Part shown: in pieces, positions 15,785 through 24,170 of the stretch
Layout of the letters: each line of letters begins with the position of its first letter
Numbering within the stretch: the stretch's first letter is position 1
Origin: a virus
Lineage: Duplodnaviria > Caudoviricetes
Length of the DNA stretch: 54,242 nucleotides
Virus record (IMG/VR): IMGVR_UViG_3300046835_000018
Span: 1 to 54,242 of that record
Direction: 5' to 3' (one strand)
The notes under the pieces: generated by a model
Told to the model about the DNA's origin: nothing
What the model saw: the letters and a program-made list of their open reading frames with translations, nothing else
Database searches by the model: none
Translations under genes and position numbers: made by a program

Positions 15785-16594
15785 ATGGTAATCACATCCA
15801 ACAAGATCGCTGGCCTGAACATTCAGAGGGTCAGGGATGTACCGGCACACTTCAACATGCTGGTGTACGGACGGTCAGGTGTCGGCAAGACGCGGCTGGC
15901 TGGATCAGCATTTGAGGTTCCTGAGATGAAGCGAGTTCTCTTCGTCGACATCGAAGGTGGATCTCTCACGCTTCGCAAGGAGTTTCCCGACGTCGAACAG
16001 GTCCGTGTGAAGACCTGGTTCGAGATGCAGGGCTTGTACGATGCCCTGTTCGCTGGCGGCCATGGCTTCAGTACGGTCATCGTCGACAGCCTGACGGAGA
16101 TCCAGAAGTTTAACATGTCGGAGATCATGCGTACGCTGGTCGACAAGAACGAAGAGCGTGACCTCGATGTTCCCTCCCTACGCGAGTGGGGAAAGAACCT
16201 CGAGCAGACACGACGCTTCGTGCGTGCCTTCCGAGACCTTCCGCTCAACGTCATCTTCACTGCCCTGGAGCGTGAGGACAAGGACAGGATGAACCGACCT
16301 GTCAAGCTCCCCTCGCTGTCCGGGAAGATGTCCAACGAGGTTGCAGCCTTCTTGGACATTGTCCTCTACTACAACGTCAAGGAGGTGCACGGAACAGAAG
16401 GAGTCAAACAGCTCAGGGTCCTACAGTCCCAGGCAACCGAATCTACGATCGCCAAGGACCGTTCAGGGTTGCTGCCGCCCGTCATGACGGACCCCAACAT
16501 GGAGCAGCTGTACGATATCATCGTACGAAAGACCTCTTCAAAACCGAAACTCGATGAAGTGACGGACGAAGAACTCGCATCACTCACAAGCTGA
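15785..16594 (+). CDS. AAA_24 / Sak4-like ATPase (recombinase)
   Basis: YGRSGVGKT, DIEGG, IVDSLT, AKDRSG. Confidence 0.88.
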   Translation: MVITSNKIAGLNIQRVRDVPAHFNMLVYGRSGVGKTRLAGSAFEVPEMKRVLFVDIEGGSLTLRKEFPDVEQVRVKTWFEMQGLYDALFAGGHGFSTVIVDSLTEIQKFNMSEIMRTLVDKNEERDLDVPSLREWGKNLEQTRRFVRAFRDLPLNVIFTALEREDKDRMNRPVKLPSLSGKMSNEVAAFLDIVLYYNVKEVHGTEGVKQLRVLQSQATESTIAKDRSGLLPPVMTDPNMEQLYDIIVRKTSSKPKLDEVTDEELASLTS

Positions 16595-16604
16595 AAGGTA
16601 TCAC

Positions 16605-17171
16605 ATGTCTGACGAAGAGTATGGCATCGACATCGCACACGACAACATGGGCGAAGATGGTGCTCTGTACATCGACTTCTCGAGCGACGAGGCGGCTTCC
16701 GAGTCGCGTGACATGGAGCCCCTCCCGACCGGCAAGTACCTGGTGAACATCAGCGACGTGACCCTCAAGGAGTCGCAGTCGACGAAGAACCCAGGCAAGC
16801 CGTTCTACGCAATCGAGTTCACCGTGGTCGAGGACCTCGCCGGTGGCTCGTACCGCAACCGCAAGATGTGGACGAACGCGATGCTCTTCTCGCCGGCCCT
16901 CTTCACGATCACTCACATCATGAAGGCGCTCGGCATGCAGGTCAGCGAGGGACGCATGCGCATTCCTCGTCCGGAGGAGCTCGTCGGCTCGGTCCTCGTC
17001 GTCGGCGGTATCAAGATCGGCGAGACGAAGGACAAGAACGACGCGTCGAAGACCTACCCGCCGAAGTTCGAGCCGAAGTCCTTCTTCGGCCAGGACAAGT
17101 GGAAGGGCAACACCGGCGGTGTTGTCGCCACGAAGGCCGGCAAGACCGACGCCGCTTCGCTGCTGAGCTAA
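16605..17171 (+). CDS. Single-stranded DNA-binding protein (DUF669-like)
   Basis: EPLPTGKYLVNI motif, acidic N-terminus, position after the Sak4-like gene. Confidence 0.75.
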   Translation: MSDEEYGIDIAHDNMGEDGALYIDFSSDEAASESRDMEPLPTGKYLVNISDVTLKESQSTKNPGKPFYAIEFTVVEDLAGGSYRNRKMWTNAMLFSPALFTITHIMKALGMQVSEGRMRIPRPEELVGSVLVVGGIKIGETKDKNDASKTYPPKFEPKSFFGQDKWKGNTGGVVATKAGKTDAASLLS

Positions 17172-17190
17172 TCACCTCGGCAGTATAAAC

Positions 17191-17273
17191 GAACCCGAAC
17201 GCTTGTAGCCAAAGCACTGCGGCAACAGTAGTGCAGGCCAATCAGCCATAGTTGGATGCAAGCGTTCGGGTTC
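17191..17273 (+). other. Branched hairpin upstream of the primase
   Basis: 17-bp outer stem GAACCCGAACGCTTGTA/TGCAAGCGTTCGGGTTC with internal hairpins. Confidence 0.65.
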
Positions 17274-17293
17274 CTTATACATTTGAATAGGAG

Positions 17294-19549
17294 GTGAAGT
17301 GCATGGTACAACCGGATACACTGGAAGAAGATAGAAGTGCTTGGAACATCTTCTTTCGTGTCGTCTTTGGTCAGCGGGTCGATGGGTACGTCTGCATTGC
17401 CTATATGAACATCGGCGACGGTGGAAAGAAGAAGTGGGAAGAACACTTCTTTCAGTGGCCGGAAGAGCTTCCGCGGATGTTGACTCACCTCGAGGTGAAC
17501 TACAAGCAGGGCAATACGTACTTCTGTCCGCAACTCATGCTGACAAAAGATCGCCCTCCAGGAGCCAAGAGCCCACGAGTCAAAGAGAACATCGCACCTT
17601 GCACAGTCGCCTGGGCTGATCTAGATACGTGTTCGCCAGAACTAATGCTGGTAGAGCCTAGCGTAGTGGTCCTAAGTTCGGACAACAGATACCAGGCCCT
17701 GTGGGTTTTCGAGCAACCAATTGACCCTGCCGATGCGGAACAGATCAGCAAGAACATTGCCTACCACCACGTGTCCGATGGCGCTGATGGAGGTGGTTGG
17801 GACCTAACGCAGATGCTGAGGGTGCCTCACACCTACAACATGAAGCGCGACATACCATTTCGTGTCAAGACTCTGAAGATCACCAAGGTCAAGCACACCA
17901 TTGAAGACTTCAACGTCTACAAAGAGTCACGGATCAGTTCTAGAGACCACGACCCGATGCCTCAGGTGCTGCCGACCGAGACGCCATTGGATATCCTGCA
18001 GAAGTATCGCAGGTCATTGAATCCGGTGGCGTTCAGCATCTTCGATGTGACACCACAGATCACCGAAGTCGATGGTGGATGGAGCAAGGTTCTCTGGCAG
18101 CTGATCATGCTTCTATTCGAAGCTGGTCTCTCAAGGGAAGAAGTGTTCGTCGTCGCGAGCGACGCGGCCTGCAACAAGTACAAGCGAGACGGTAAGCATC
18201 CCAAGCTGCTCTGGGAAGAAGTGTGCAGAGCATACCAAGCAACCGTCGAGAAGCTGAACATCCTCGTACCTGAAACAGTCAAGCAAGCACCGCTGATCAC
18301 TCAAGAAGAGCTCGACTCGATCTCACATTATCACACCTTCATCGACCGCTATGTATCGTGGGCAAGTAGACTTGGCGACGCGGCAACACAGTACCATCAC
18401 GCAGGTGCTTTCATGATCCTCAGTTCACTACTCGCAGGCACAATCCGATTGCCCACATCATTCGGCGTGATCATGCCCAACATGTGGTTCATGCTTCTAG
18501 CTGATACGACATTGACACGTAAGTCGACGGCCATGGACATCGCCATGGACATCGTTGACCAGGTCGATGACACCGTCCTACTAGCAACGGATGGTTCACT
18601 AGAAGGTCTTATGCAGTCACTCGAGATCAGACCAGGAAAGCCGTCGATGTTCCTTCGCGACGAGTTCTCGGGCCTAATCGAATCGATGACTCGTAAGGAC
18701 TACATGGCAGGCATGGCTGAAGCACTTACCAAGTTGTACGACGGCAAGACAATGAAACGAGTACTAAAGCGTGAGACAGTAACTGTTCGCGAGCCCTGCC
18801 TCTTAATCTTCGGAGGTGGCATCAAGACGCGAGTGCAGTCACTGCTCACACTCGAGCATGTTGCTTCTGGATTCGTACCTCGATTCATCTTCATTACGGC
18901 TGAATCGGATGTAAGTCGGCTACAGCCACTAGGTCCACCTACTCCTGACAACCTAGCTGAGAGAGACGAGATCGTCGAAGAGCTCATGGAGCTTCGAGAC
19001 AGGTACGTCTTCGATCAGGAGATCGTCGTCAAGGGTAAGGCTATCGGCGTCTCTGAATCTAGGATCATGGCGAGCTTGACCGAAGAAGCTTGGGCTCGCT
19101 ACAACATCCTCGAAGCTACAATGCTGTACGCAGGTGTCAATAGTGATCAGCCAGACATCATGACGCCTGTATACGACCGTCTGGCGAAGTCAATTCTCAA
19201 GGCATCGGTGCTTATTGCAGCATCGAATCAGAAAGAACGTGGCGAGGTAATCGTTACACTGAACGACCTACTCACAGGGTTGAAGTATGGCAGTGAGTGG
19301 TTGAAGTACAGTACCGAGATTGTGAACGGTATCGGACGTACTGCCAATGAGCAGCTACTGCAACGCATCATGCAGAGCATTCGTAGGCACAAGGGCGTAT
19401 CTCGTTCACAGTTGATGCAGTGGTACCACCTCGAAGCTCGACAGGCTGAAATCATCTTCAACACGCTCGAGCAACGAGGCATGATCATTGCAACACGCAT
19501 GGGCAGAACTTGGGTATACGATGCAGTAGGAAGGATCAGGGCAGAATGA
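17294..19549 (+). CDS. Primase-helicase (RepB'-like primase + DUF3987-like P-loop domain)
   Basis: WADLD, SSDNRYQALW, LRVP.TYN.K; RKST, GSLEGL, RDEF, LYDG, SGFVPRF. Confidence 0.85.
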   Translation: MKCMVQPDTLEEDRSAWNIFFRVVFGQRVDGYVCIAYMNIGDGGKKKWEEHFFQWPEELPRMLTHLEVNYKQGNTYFCPQLMLTKDRPPGAKSPRVKENIAPCTVAWADLDTCSPELMLVEPSVVVLSSDNRYQALWVFEQPIDPADAEQISKNIAYHHVSDGADGGGWDLTQMLRVPHTYNMKRDIPFRVKTLKITKVKHTIEDFNVYKESRISSRDHDPMPQVLPTETPLDILQKYRRSLNPVAFSIFDVTPQITEVDGGWSKVLWQLIMLLFEAGLSREEVFVVASDAACNKYKRDGKHPKLLWEEVCRAYQATVEKLNILVPETVKQAPLITQEELDSISHYHTFIDRYVSWASRLGDAATQYHHAGAFMILSSLLAGTIRLPTSFGVIMPNMWFMLLADTTLTRKSTAMDIAMDIVDQVDDTVLLATDGSLEGLMQSLEIRPGKPSMFLRDEFSGLIESMTRKDYMAGMAEALTKLYDGKTMKRVLKRETVTVREPCLLIFGGGIKTRVQSLLTLEHVASGFVPRFIFITAESDVSRLQPLGPPTPDNLAERDEIVEELMELRDRYVFDQEIVVKGKAIGVSESRIMASLTEEAWARYNILEATMLYAGVNSDQPDIMTPVYDRLAKSILKASVLIAASNQKERGEVIVTLNDLLTGLKYGSEWLKYSTEIVNGIGRTANEQLLQRIMQSIRRHKGVSRSQLMQWYHLEARQAEIIFNTLEQRGMIIATRMGRTWVYDAVGRIRAE

Positions 19550-20382
19550 AGGTACTCGCTGTTGTGTCAGGTGGATTGGACTCCACCACACTCATGTACG
19601 ACCTCCTCTCGGGAGGTGACGAGGTCCAAGCGATCTCGTTCAACTACGGTCAGCGCCACAAGCGTGAGCTGGTGTACGCTGCGGCCAACTGCAAGGCGCT
19701 GAACATTCAGCACGACATCATCGACCTTCGCACTCTGACGGAGTTCCTCAGCAATTCGGCGCTCACGTCGAACAAGGAGATCGAGGTTCCTGAAGGTCAC
19801 TACGCCGAAGACAACATGAAGCAGACGGTCGTTCCGAACCGCAACATGATCATGCTGTCGATCGCCACAGGCATCGCGATCAACCGAGGGCTCAACACCG
19901 TCGCGACAGCAGTTCACGCCGGCGATCACTTCGTCTACCCGGACTGCCGTCCCGAGTTCATCTTCTCACTCGGCCAGGCGATCCTCGATGGCAATCAGGG
20001 CTTCCACAACTTCTTCGTCGAGGACATCGAGCCCATCGTGATCGGCGATCGCACCTACAGCAAGACGGCCAAGCCGCTTACCACTCCGTACATCCACCAG
20101 ACGAAGGAGGAGATCGCAGTTCGAGCCCTCGAGCTCGGCGTGCCTCTTCACCTCACGTGGAGCTGCTACAAGGGTGGTGACCAGCACTGTGGTCGATGTG
20201 GCACCTGCGTCGAGCGTCTCGAAGCGATCCACAATGCGCTCATCACGTGGAACGCTCACACCAGTCCTGCAGAGCGACGCTACGACGCGACACCGTACGA
20301 GGACGAGGAGTACTGGAAGGTCGTCGTCGGCAAGACGAGGGTCGAGACCACCTCTGACGTCACAGCGTACGAGGAGAACTGA
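19546..20382 (+). CDS. queC: 7-cyano-7-deazaguanine synthase
   Basis: SGGLDS, YGQRH, VPNRN, YPDCR, TWSCY..CG.CGTC. Confidence 0.97.
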   Translation: MKVLAVVSGGLDSTTLMYDLLSGGDEVQAISFNYGQRHKRELVYAAANCKALNIQHDIIDLRTLTEFLSNSALTSNKEIEVPEGHYAEDNMKQTVVPNRNMIMLSIATGIAINRGLNTVATAVHAGDHFVYPDCRPEFIFSLGQAILDGNQGFHNFFVEDIEPIVIGDRTYSKTAKPLTTPYIHQTKEEIAVRALELGVPLHLTWSCYKGGDQHCGRCGTCVERLEAIHNALITWNAHTSPAERRYDATPYEDEEYWKVVVGKTRVETTSDVTAYEEN

Positions 20383-20849
20383 TGCACAGCATCTTCGTGA
20401 ACCACAACATGGAGATCGCCCACCGGCTCTCCATGCTCCCAGGCAAGTGCCAGAAGATCCATGGACACTCCATGCAGATCACTCTTCGGCTCGACGGTGA
20501 GCTCGACGAGGACGGCATCCTCTGTGGTATGGACTTCGGTGATCTGAAGCGGGCCTTCCGCAACTTCATCGACACCGAGTTCGACCACCGACTCATCCTC
20601 AACGAGTCCGATCCCTGGGCGCGGCAACTGAAGCAGCTCCCCGAAGACAACGGGATCTCAGAAGCATCTGCCCATTACCAACGACTTCCAGGTCTCAAGA
20701 CCACGCCTGGAGATCCCACTACAGAGAACCTCAGCAAGTGGATCTGTGAGTGGGCCGTGGGACAGGTTGAGGTGTTCGGCATCACAGCCGTGCACGTGAC
20801 CATCCACGAGACCGGCACCAATGGTGCTATGACCAAGTGGTCAAAGTAG
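20382..20849 (+). CDS. queD: 6-carboxytetrahydropterin synthase
   Basis: AHRL...KCQKIHGHS, DFGDLK, FDH, PTTEN, ET. Confidence 0.95.
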   Translation: MHSIFVNHNMEIAHRLSMLPGKCQKIHGHSMQITLRLDGELDEDGILCGMDFGDLKRAFRNFIDTEFDHRLILNESDPWARQLKQLPEDNGISEASAHYQRLPGLKTTPGDPTTENLSKWICEWAVGQVEVFGITAVHVTIHETGTNGAMTKWSK

Positions 20850-20861
20850 TAAGGAAGTTGC

Positions 20862-21209
20862 ATGTCCGAAATGTTGCTCTCCGCCGATGTCTTCTGGGCA
20901 ATCGCTATGACCCCAGTAACATTGGTCGTACTGGTCCTCCTCGCTTGTGTGCTCAGCAACCGGTCAAGTCGTAGCCCTCATCAGCACGACCTGGCCGACA
21001 CAGCGTTCTGGACAGCGGTAAAGCTCGACCAAGCTTCACGCGGCGCCGTACTTGGTACGCCAGAGCCTCTCGAGCCAGTCGCCGAGACAATCTCGTTGTA
21101 CACAGCAACACTATCTGAAGTGCAGACCTACCTGATCAAGGCACGAGAGGCCCGACGCCTCGAGCGCCGCGAGTTTGGAGCACTTATGCGAATGGCTCGT
21201 ACCGCTTAA
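20862..21209 (+). CDS. Membrane-anchored hypothetical protein inside the que cluster
   Basis: N-terminal TM helix. Confidence 0.6.
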   Translation: MSEMLLSADVFWAIAMTPVTLVVLVLLACVLSNRSSRSPHQHDLADTAFWTAVKLDQASRGAVLGTPEPLEPVAETISLYTATLSEVQTYLIKAREARRLERREFGALMRMARTA

Positions 21210-21258
21210 TCCGTCTGGGAGGTCCTCTTCGGAGGACCTCCCCTATCAAGGAGGGCAT

Positions 21259-21951
21259 ATGCGTCTATCAGAGGTGTACACCTCGACGCAGGGAGAAGGA
21301 CCGAAGGTAGGCATTCCAACCACCTTCGTCAGGTTCGCAGGCTGCAACCTGAAGTGTGCTGGATGGGCTTGCGACACTCAACACGCTATCGATCCGAAGC
21401 TGTACCGCAAGGACTGGCTCGAGCTCGGTCCCGAGCAAATCCTCGAGATGATTCTCGATGAGACAGGCAAGACTGGTGCTCGGAACGTCTGCTTCACCGG
21501 CGGCGAGCCTTTCCTTCAGGAGCACGATCGCCTGCTCAAGCTCATCTCGATGTGCGCCATGGAACGCCTCGACATGGAGGTCTTCACCAACGGTACCATC
21601 GAGTGGCCTCATCGAGCCATGCACCGGATGAACTTCGTCATGGACTGGAAGCTCTCAGGATCAGGCGAGAACGTTCGCGAGAGCGACGCCGTGTGGCAGA
21701 ATGCTCTTCGGCTCGGACCGAAGGATGCCATCAAGTTCACCGTCGCCTCCGATGACGACCTGGGCGAGGCGTACGACACATACATGCGCATCCAACCCCA
21801 GGTCCGCGACGTGCAGTTCTTCGTCGGCCCGGTCTGGGGCAAGATGGAACCTTCAGTCGTCGTCGACTGGATGCTCCGAATGGGTCTTCCATGGCGCCTT
21901 AACATCCAGGCGCACAAGTACATCTGGCCAGCCGATGCAAGGAGGACATGA
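21259..21951 (+). CDS. queE: 7-carboxy-7-deazaguanine synthase (radical SAM)
   Basis: QGEG, FVRFAGCNLKC..CDT, TGGEP, TNG, QAHK.IW. Confidence 0.95.
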   Translation: MRLSEVYTSTQGEGPKVGIPTTFVRFAGCNLKCAGWACDTQHAIDPKLYRKDWLELGPEQILEMILDETGKTGARNVCFTGGEPFLQEHDRLLKLISMCAMERLDMEVFTNGTIEWPHRAMHRMNFVMDWKLSGSGENVRESDAVWQNALRLGPKDAIKFTVASDDDLGEAYDTYMRIQPQVRDVQFFVGPVWGKMEPSVVVDWMLRMGLPWRLNIQAHKYIWPADARRT

Positions 21952-22313
21952 TGGGTGGTCACCCGATGGAGAACGTTCCCGATCCTCGACACGAGGAGCA
22001 GCAGACCGCCTTGGAGAAGCTGCGAGCACTCTTCGTAGCCCAGCCAAAGCCGTCAGCTCCAAGGCCTGAGGTTACTCCGAACCGCAAGGACCTTCGCTCG
22101 AAGGGAATCGGCACGAGCAAGTCGTTCACCAAGGGTACTCCTTTCGCGAGGATGACCCGCTACAAGGTGAACGGATCCGATCTCGACCGCTACGTCACGT
22201 TCTACTACAAGGACGAGAACGGCAAGACGACCAAGAGGGTCACGCTCCCGAAGGACAAGGTCGACATGGACTCGGTTCGTGCCCAGAGAGAGGCTCAACG
22301 TGCCGCTCGGTGA
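21948..22313 (+). CDS. Basic hypothetical protein inside the que cluster
   Basis: AGGAGG RBS, coupled to queE and folE. Confidence 0.65.
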   Translation: MMGGHPMENVPDPRHEEQQTALEKLRALFVAQPKPSAPRPEVTPNRKDLRSKGIGTSKSFTKGTPFARMTRYKVNGSDLDRYVTFYYKDENGKTTKRVTLPKDKVDMDSVRAQREAQRAAR

Positions 22314-22974
22314 TCCGCTCCGCAACATCAATCCTGAACTGCGACTCAAGATCGAAGAGAGGATGGCCCACATGACCAACGCACTCGGAGCGGACGGACC
22401 TACATTCCGTCAGATGGCCTTGGACAAGGAGGCTGAAGAGGCTGCCGAGGTTGTTCTTCGCCTCGCTTGCGACCTCGACGTGAACGACATGCACGGCAAG
22501 GAGACACCGCTGCGCTTCGTCCAGATGCTTCGGGAGCTCACCACGCCGCAGCCAATCAAATGGAAGACGTTCCCGAACGAGGGATACGATGAGATGATCA
22601 TCGAGCGGAACATTCCGTTCACAAGCCTCTGCAACCACCACGTCATCCCATTCATCGGCGTCGCTCATGTCGGCTACATCCCCGACAAGATCGTTCCGGG
22701 TCTCAGCAAGATCGCCCGAGTCGTCCAGCACTACGCCAAGGCTCTCCAGGTTCAGGAGAAGCTGACCAAGCAGGTCGCAGACTTCCTGGAAGAGAACATG
22801 CAGCCTCTCGGTGTCGCCGTCGTGCTCGAGGCTGAGCACATGTGCATGACGATCCGAGGCGTGCAAGTTCCCGGCACAACAACGTACACGGCTGCAATGC
22901 GTGGACGCTTCGCCGACCACGAGAAGACCGCAAAGGCTGAGTTCCTCAGCCGTATCAACGGGAGTCACCGATGA
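22300..22974 (+). CDS. folE: GTP cyclohydrolase I
   Basis: ETPLR, SLCNHH, GLSKIAR, QVQE, EAEHMCM.IRG. Confidence 0.96.
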   Translation: MPLGDPLRNINPELRLKIEERMAHMTNALGADGPTFRQMALDKEAEEAAEVVLRLACDLDVNDMHGKETPLRFVQMLRELTTPQPIKWKTFPNEGYDEMIIERNIPFTSLCNHHVIPFIGVAHVGYIPDKIVPGLSKIARVVQHYAKALQVQEKLTKQVADFLEENMQPLGVAVVLEAEHMCMTIRGVQVPGTTTYTAAMRGRFADHEKTAKAEFLSRINGSHR

Positions 22975-23306
22975 CCGAGCCTGAAGAAGTCGATCCTGCA
23001 AAGGTCGAGTTCGCCCAGTTCATCACCGAACTCAGCAAAGAGTTCGACGATGTAACCTTCGATCGACACAAGATGGGCGCCGAGAAGTATGGCGCTGGCA
23101 AGTTCCTCACGGTCGACACGATCACCGAGGCGTTGGAGGAGATTGCCGACTTCTCCAACTACATGCGGTACACCTACATCCGACTGCGCCTTCTACAGGA
23201 GCGCATCTTCATGATGCAGGCCGAGAACTTGCCGGAAGAGACCGTTCCGATCACCGGCTTCATCAAGTCGTCCGAGGCAACAGCAGTTCGACCTCCGAAG
23301 GAGTGA
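22971..23306 (+). CDS. MazG-like / all-alpha NTP pyrophosphohydrolase
   Basis: R..MGAEKYG and EALEEIAD..NY acidic metal-binding motif. Confidence 0.6.
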   Translation: MTEPEEVDPAKVEFAQFITELSKEFDDVTFDRHKMGAEKYGAGKFLTVDTITEALEEIADFSNYMRYTYIRLRLLQERIFMMQAENLPEETVPITGFIKSSEATAVRPPKE

Positions 23307-23307
23307 C

Positions 23308-23430
23308 ATGAAAGAGTTCTTCCTAGACATGATGGCAAACCTCATTGGAACAGGTCTTGCCTTCGTGTGCCTCATGGTGGCTATCAAGTGGCAAGACAGT
23401 AGCAACAAGAAGCGGAAGGCAGGAGAGTGA
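23308..23430 (+). CDS. 40-aa membrane peptide
   Basis: AAGGAG RBS; one TM helix; coupled to the next gene. Confidence 0.5.
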   Translation: MKEFFLDMMANLIGTGLAFVCLMVAIKWQDSSNKKRKAGE

Positions 23431-24170
23431 AGGCTGCACTGATTGCTCCGAAGGGGTACGAGCACACAGTACTCCAAAGCGACATCCACCTCATCCTTCC
23501 CTTCAAGGACACGCTATCCAATCCCAACTACCTCCGAACCTACATGGACGCGAAAGACCGAGGGGATTATATCATCCTCGATAATGGTTGTGCTGAGGGT
23601 GACCTGGTAACCAACCAGGCACTCGCAGAGGCAGCTCACGTTTTCCAGCCAGATGAAGTCGTCGCTCCTGACGTCATGGGTAGCTACACAGGCACTCGTG
23701 CACTCACTCATGAGTTCCTTCGGGAATTCGAGGGCGACTACAAGATCATGGCTGTCCTTCAGGGCGAGTACTGGATCGACCTCGAAGCTCTTCTGGCGTA
23801 CTACGTCACAGAAGCTCGGATCACGACCATCGGCATCCCGAAGGTGCTCGTAAAGAACCGAGGTGATACCATGCGAGTTCGTATTGCCAGACACATCGCG
23901 GCAACGTATCCTGATCGCTTCGACATCCATCTCCTCGGAGCGAGTCCTCACTTCACGGACGAACTGGACCTGCTTAGCTTCTCTTCAGGGATCAGGTCTA
24001 CCGATTCAGCTCTCCCGTACAAGTTCACGTACGCCAAGCAGGAGCTCGGCTTCGACAAGGCTCACGTCAAGCGTTGGCCTGGCTACTTCAAAGAAGAGGT
24101 GAACCTCGATCCTGAACTGCTGGAATCCAACGTTCGCACCTACATGAGATGGGCGGCGAGGCATAAGTGA
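23427..24170 (+). CDS. TGT/DpdA-like guanine transglycosylase (TIM barrel)
   Basis: ILDNG, PDV, AVLQG, HLLG, S.DS motifs match TGT-fold catalytic elements; adjacent to preQ0 genes. Confidence 0.7.
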   Translation: MKAALIAPKGYEHTVLQSDIHLILPFKDTLSNPNYLRTYMDAKDRGDYIILDNGCAEGDLVTNQALAEAAHVFQPDEVVAPDVMGSYTGTRALTHEFLREFEGDYKIMAVLQGEYWIDLEALLAYYVTEARITTIGIPKVLVKNRGDTMRVRIARHIAATYPDRFDIHLLGASPHFTDELDLLSFSSGIRSTDSALPYKFTYAKQELGFDKAHVKRWPGYFKEEVNLDPELLESNVRTYMRWAARHK

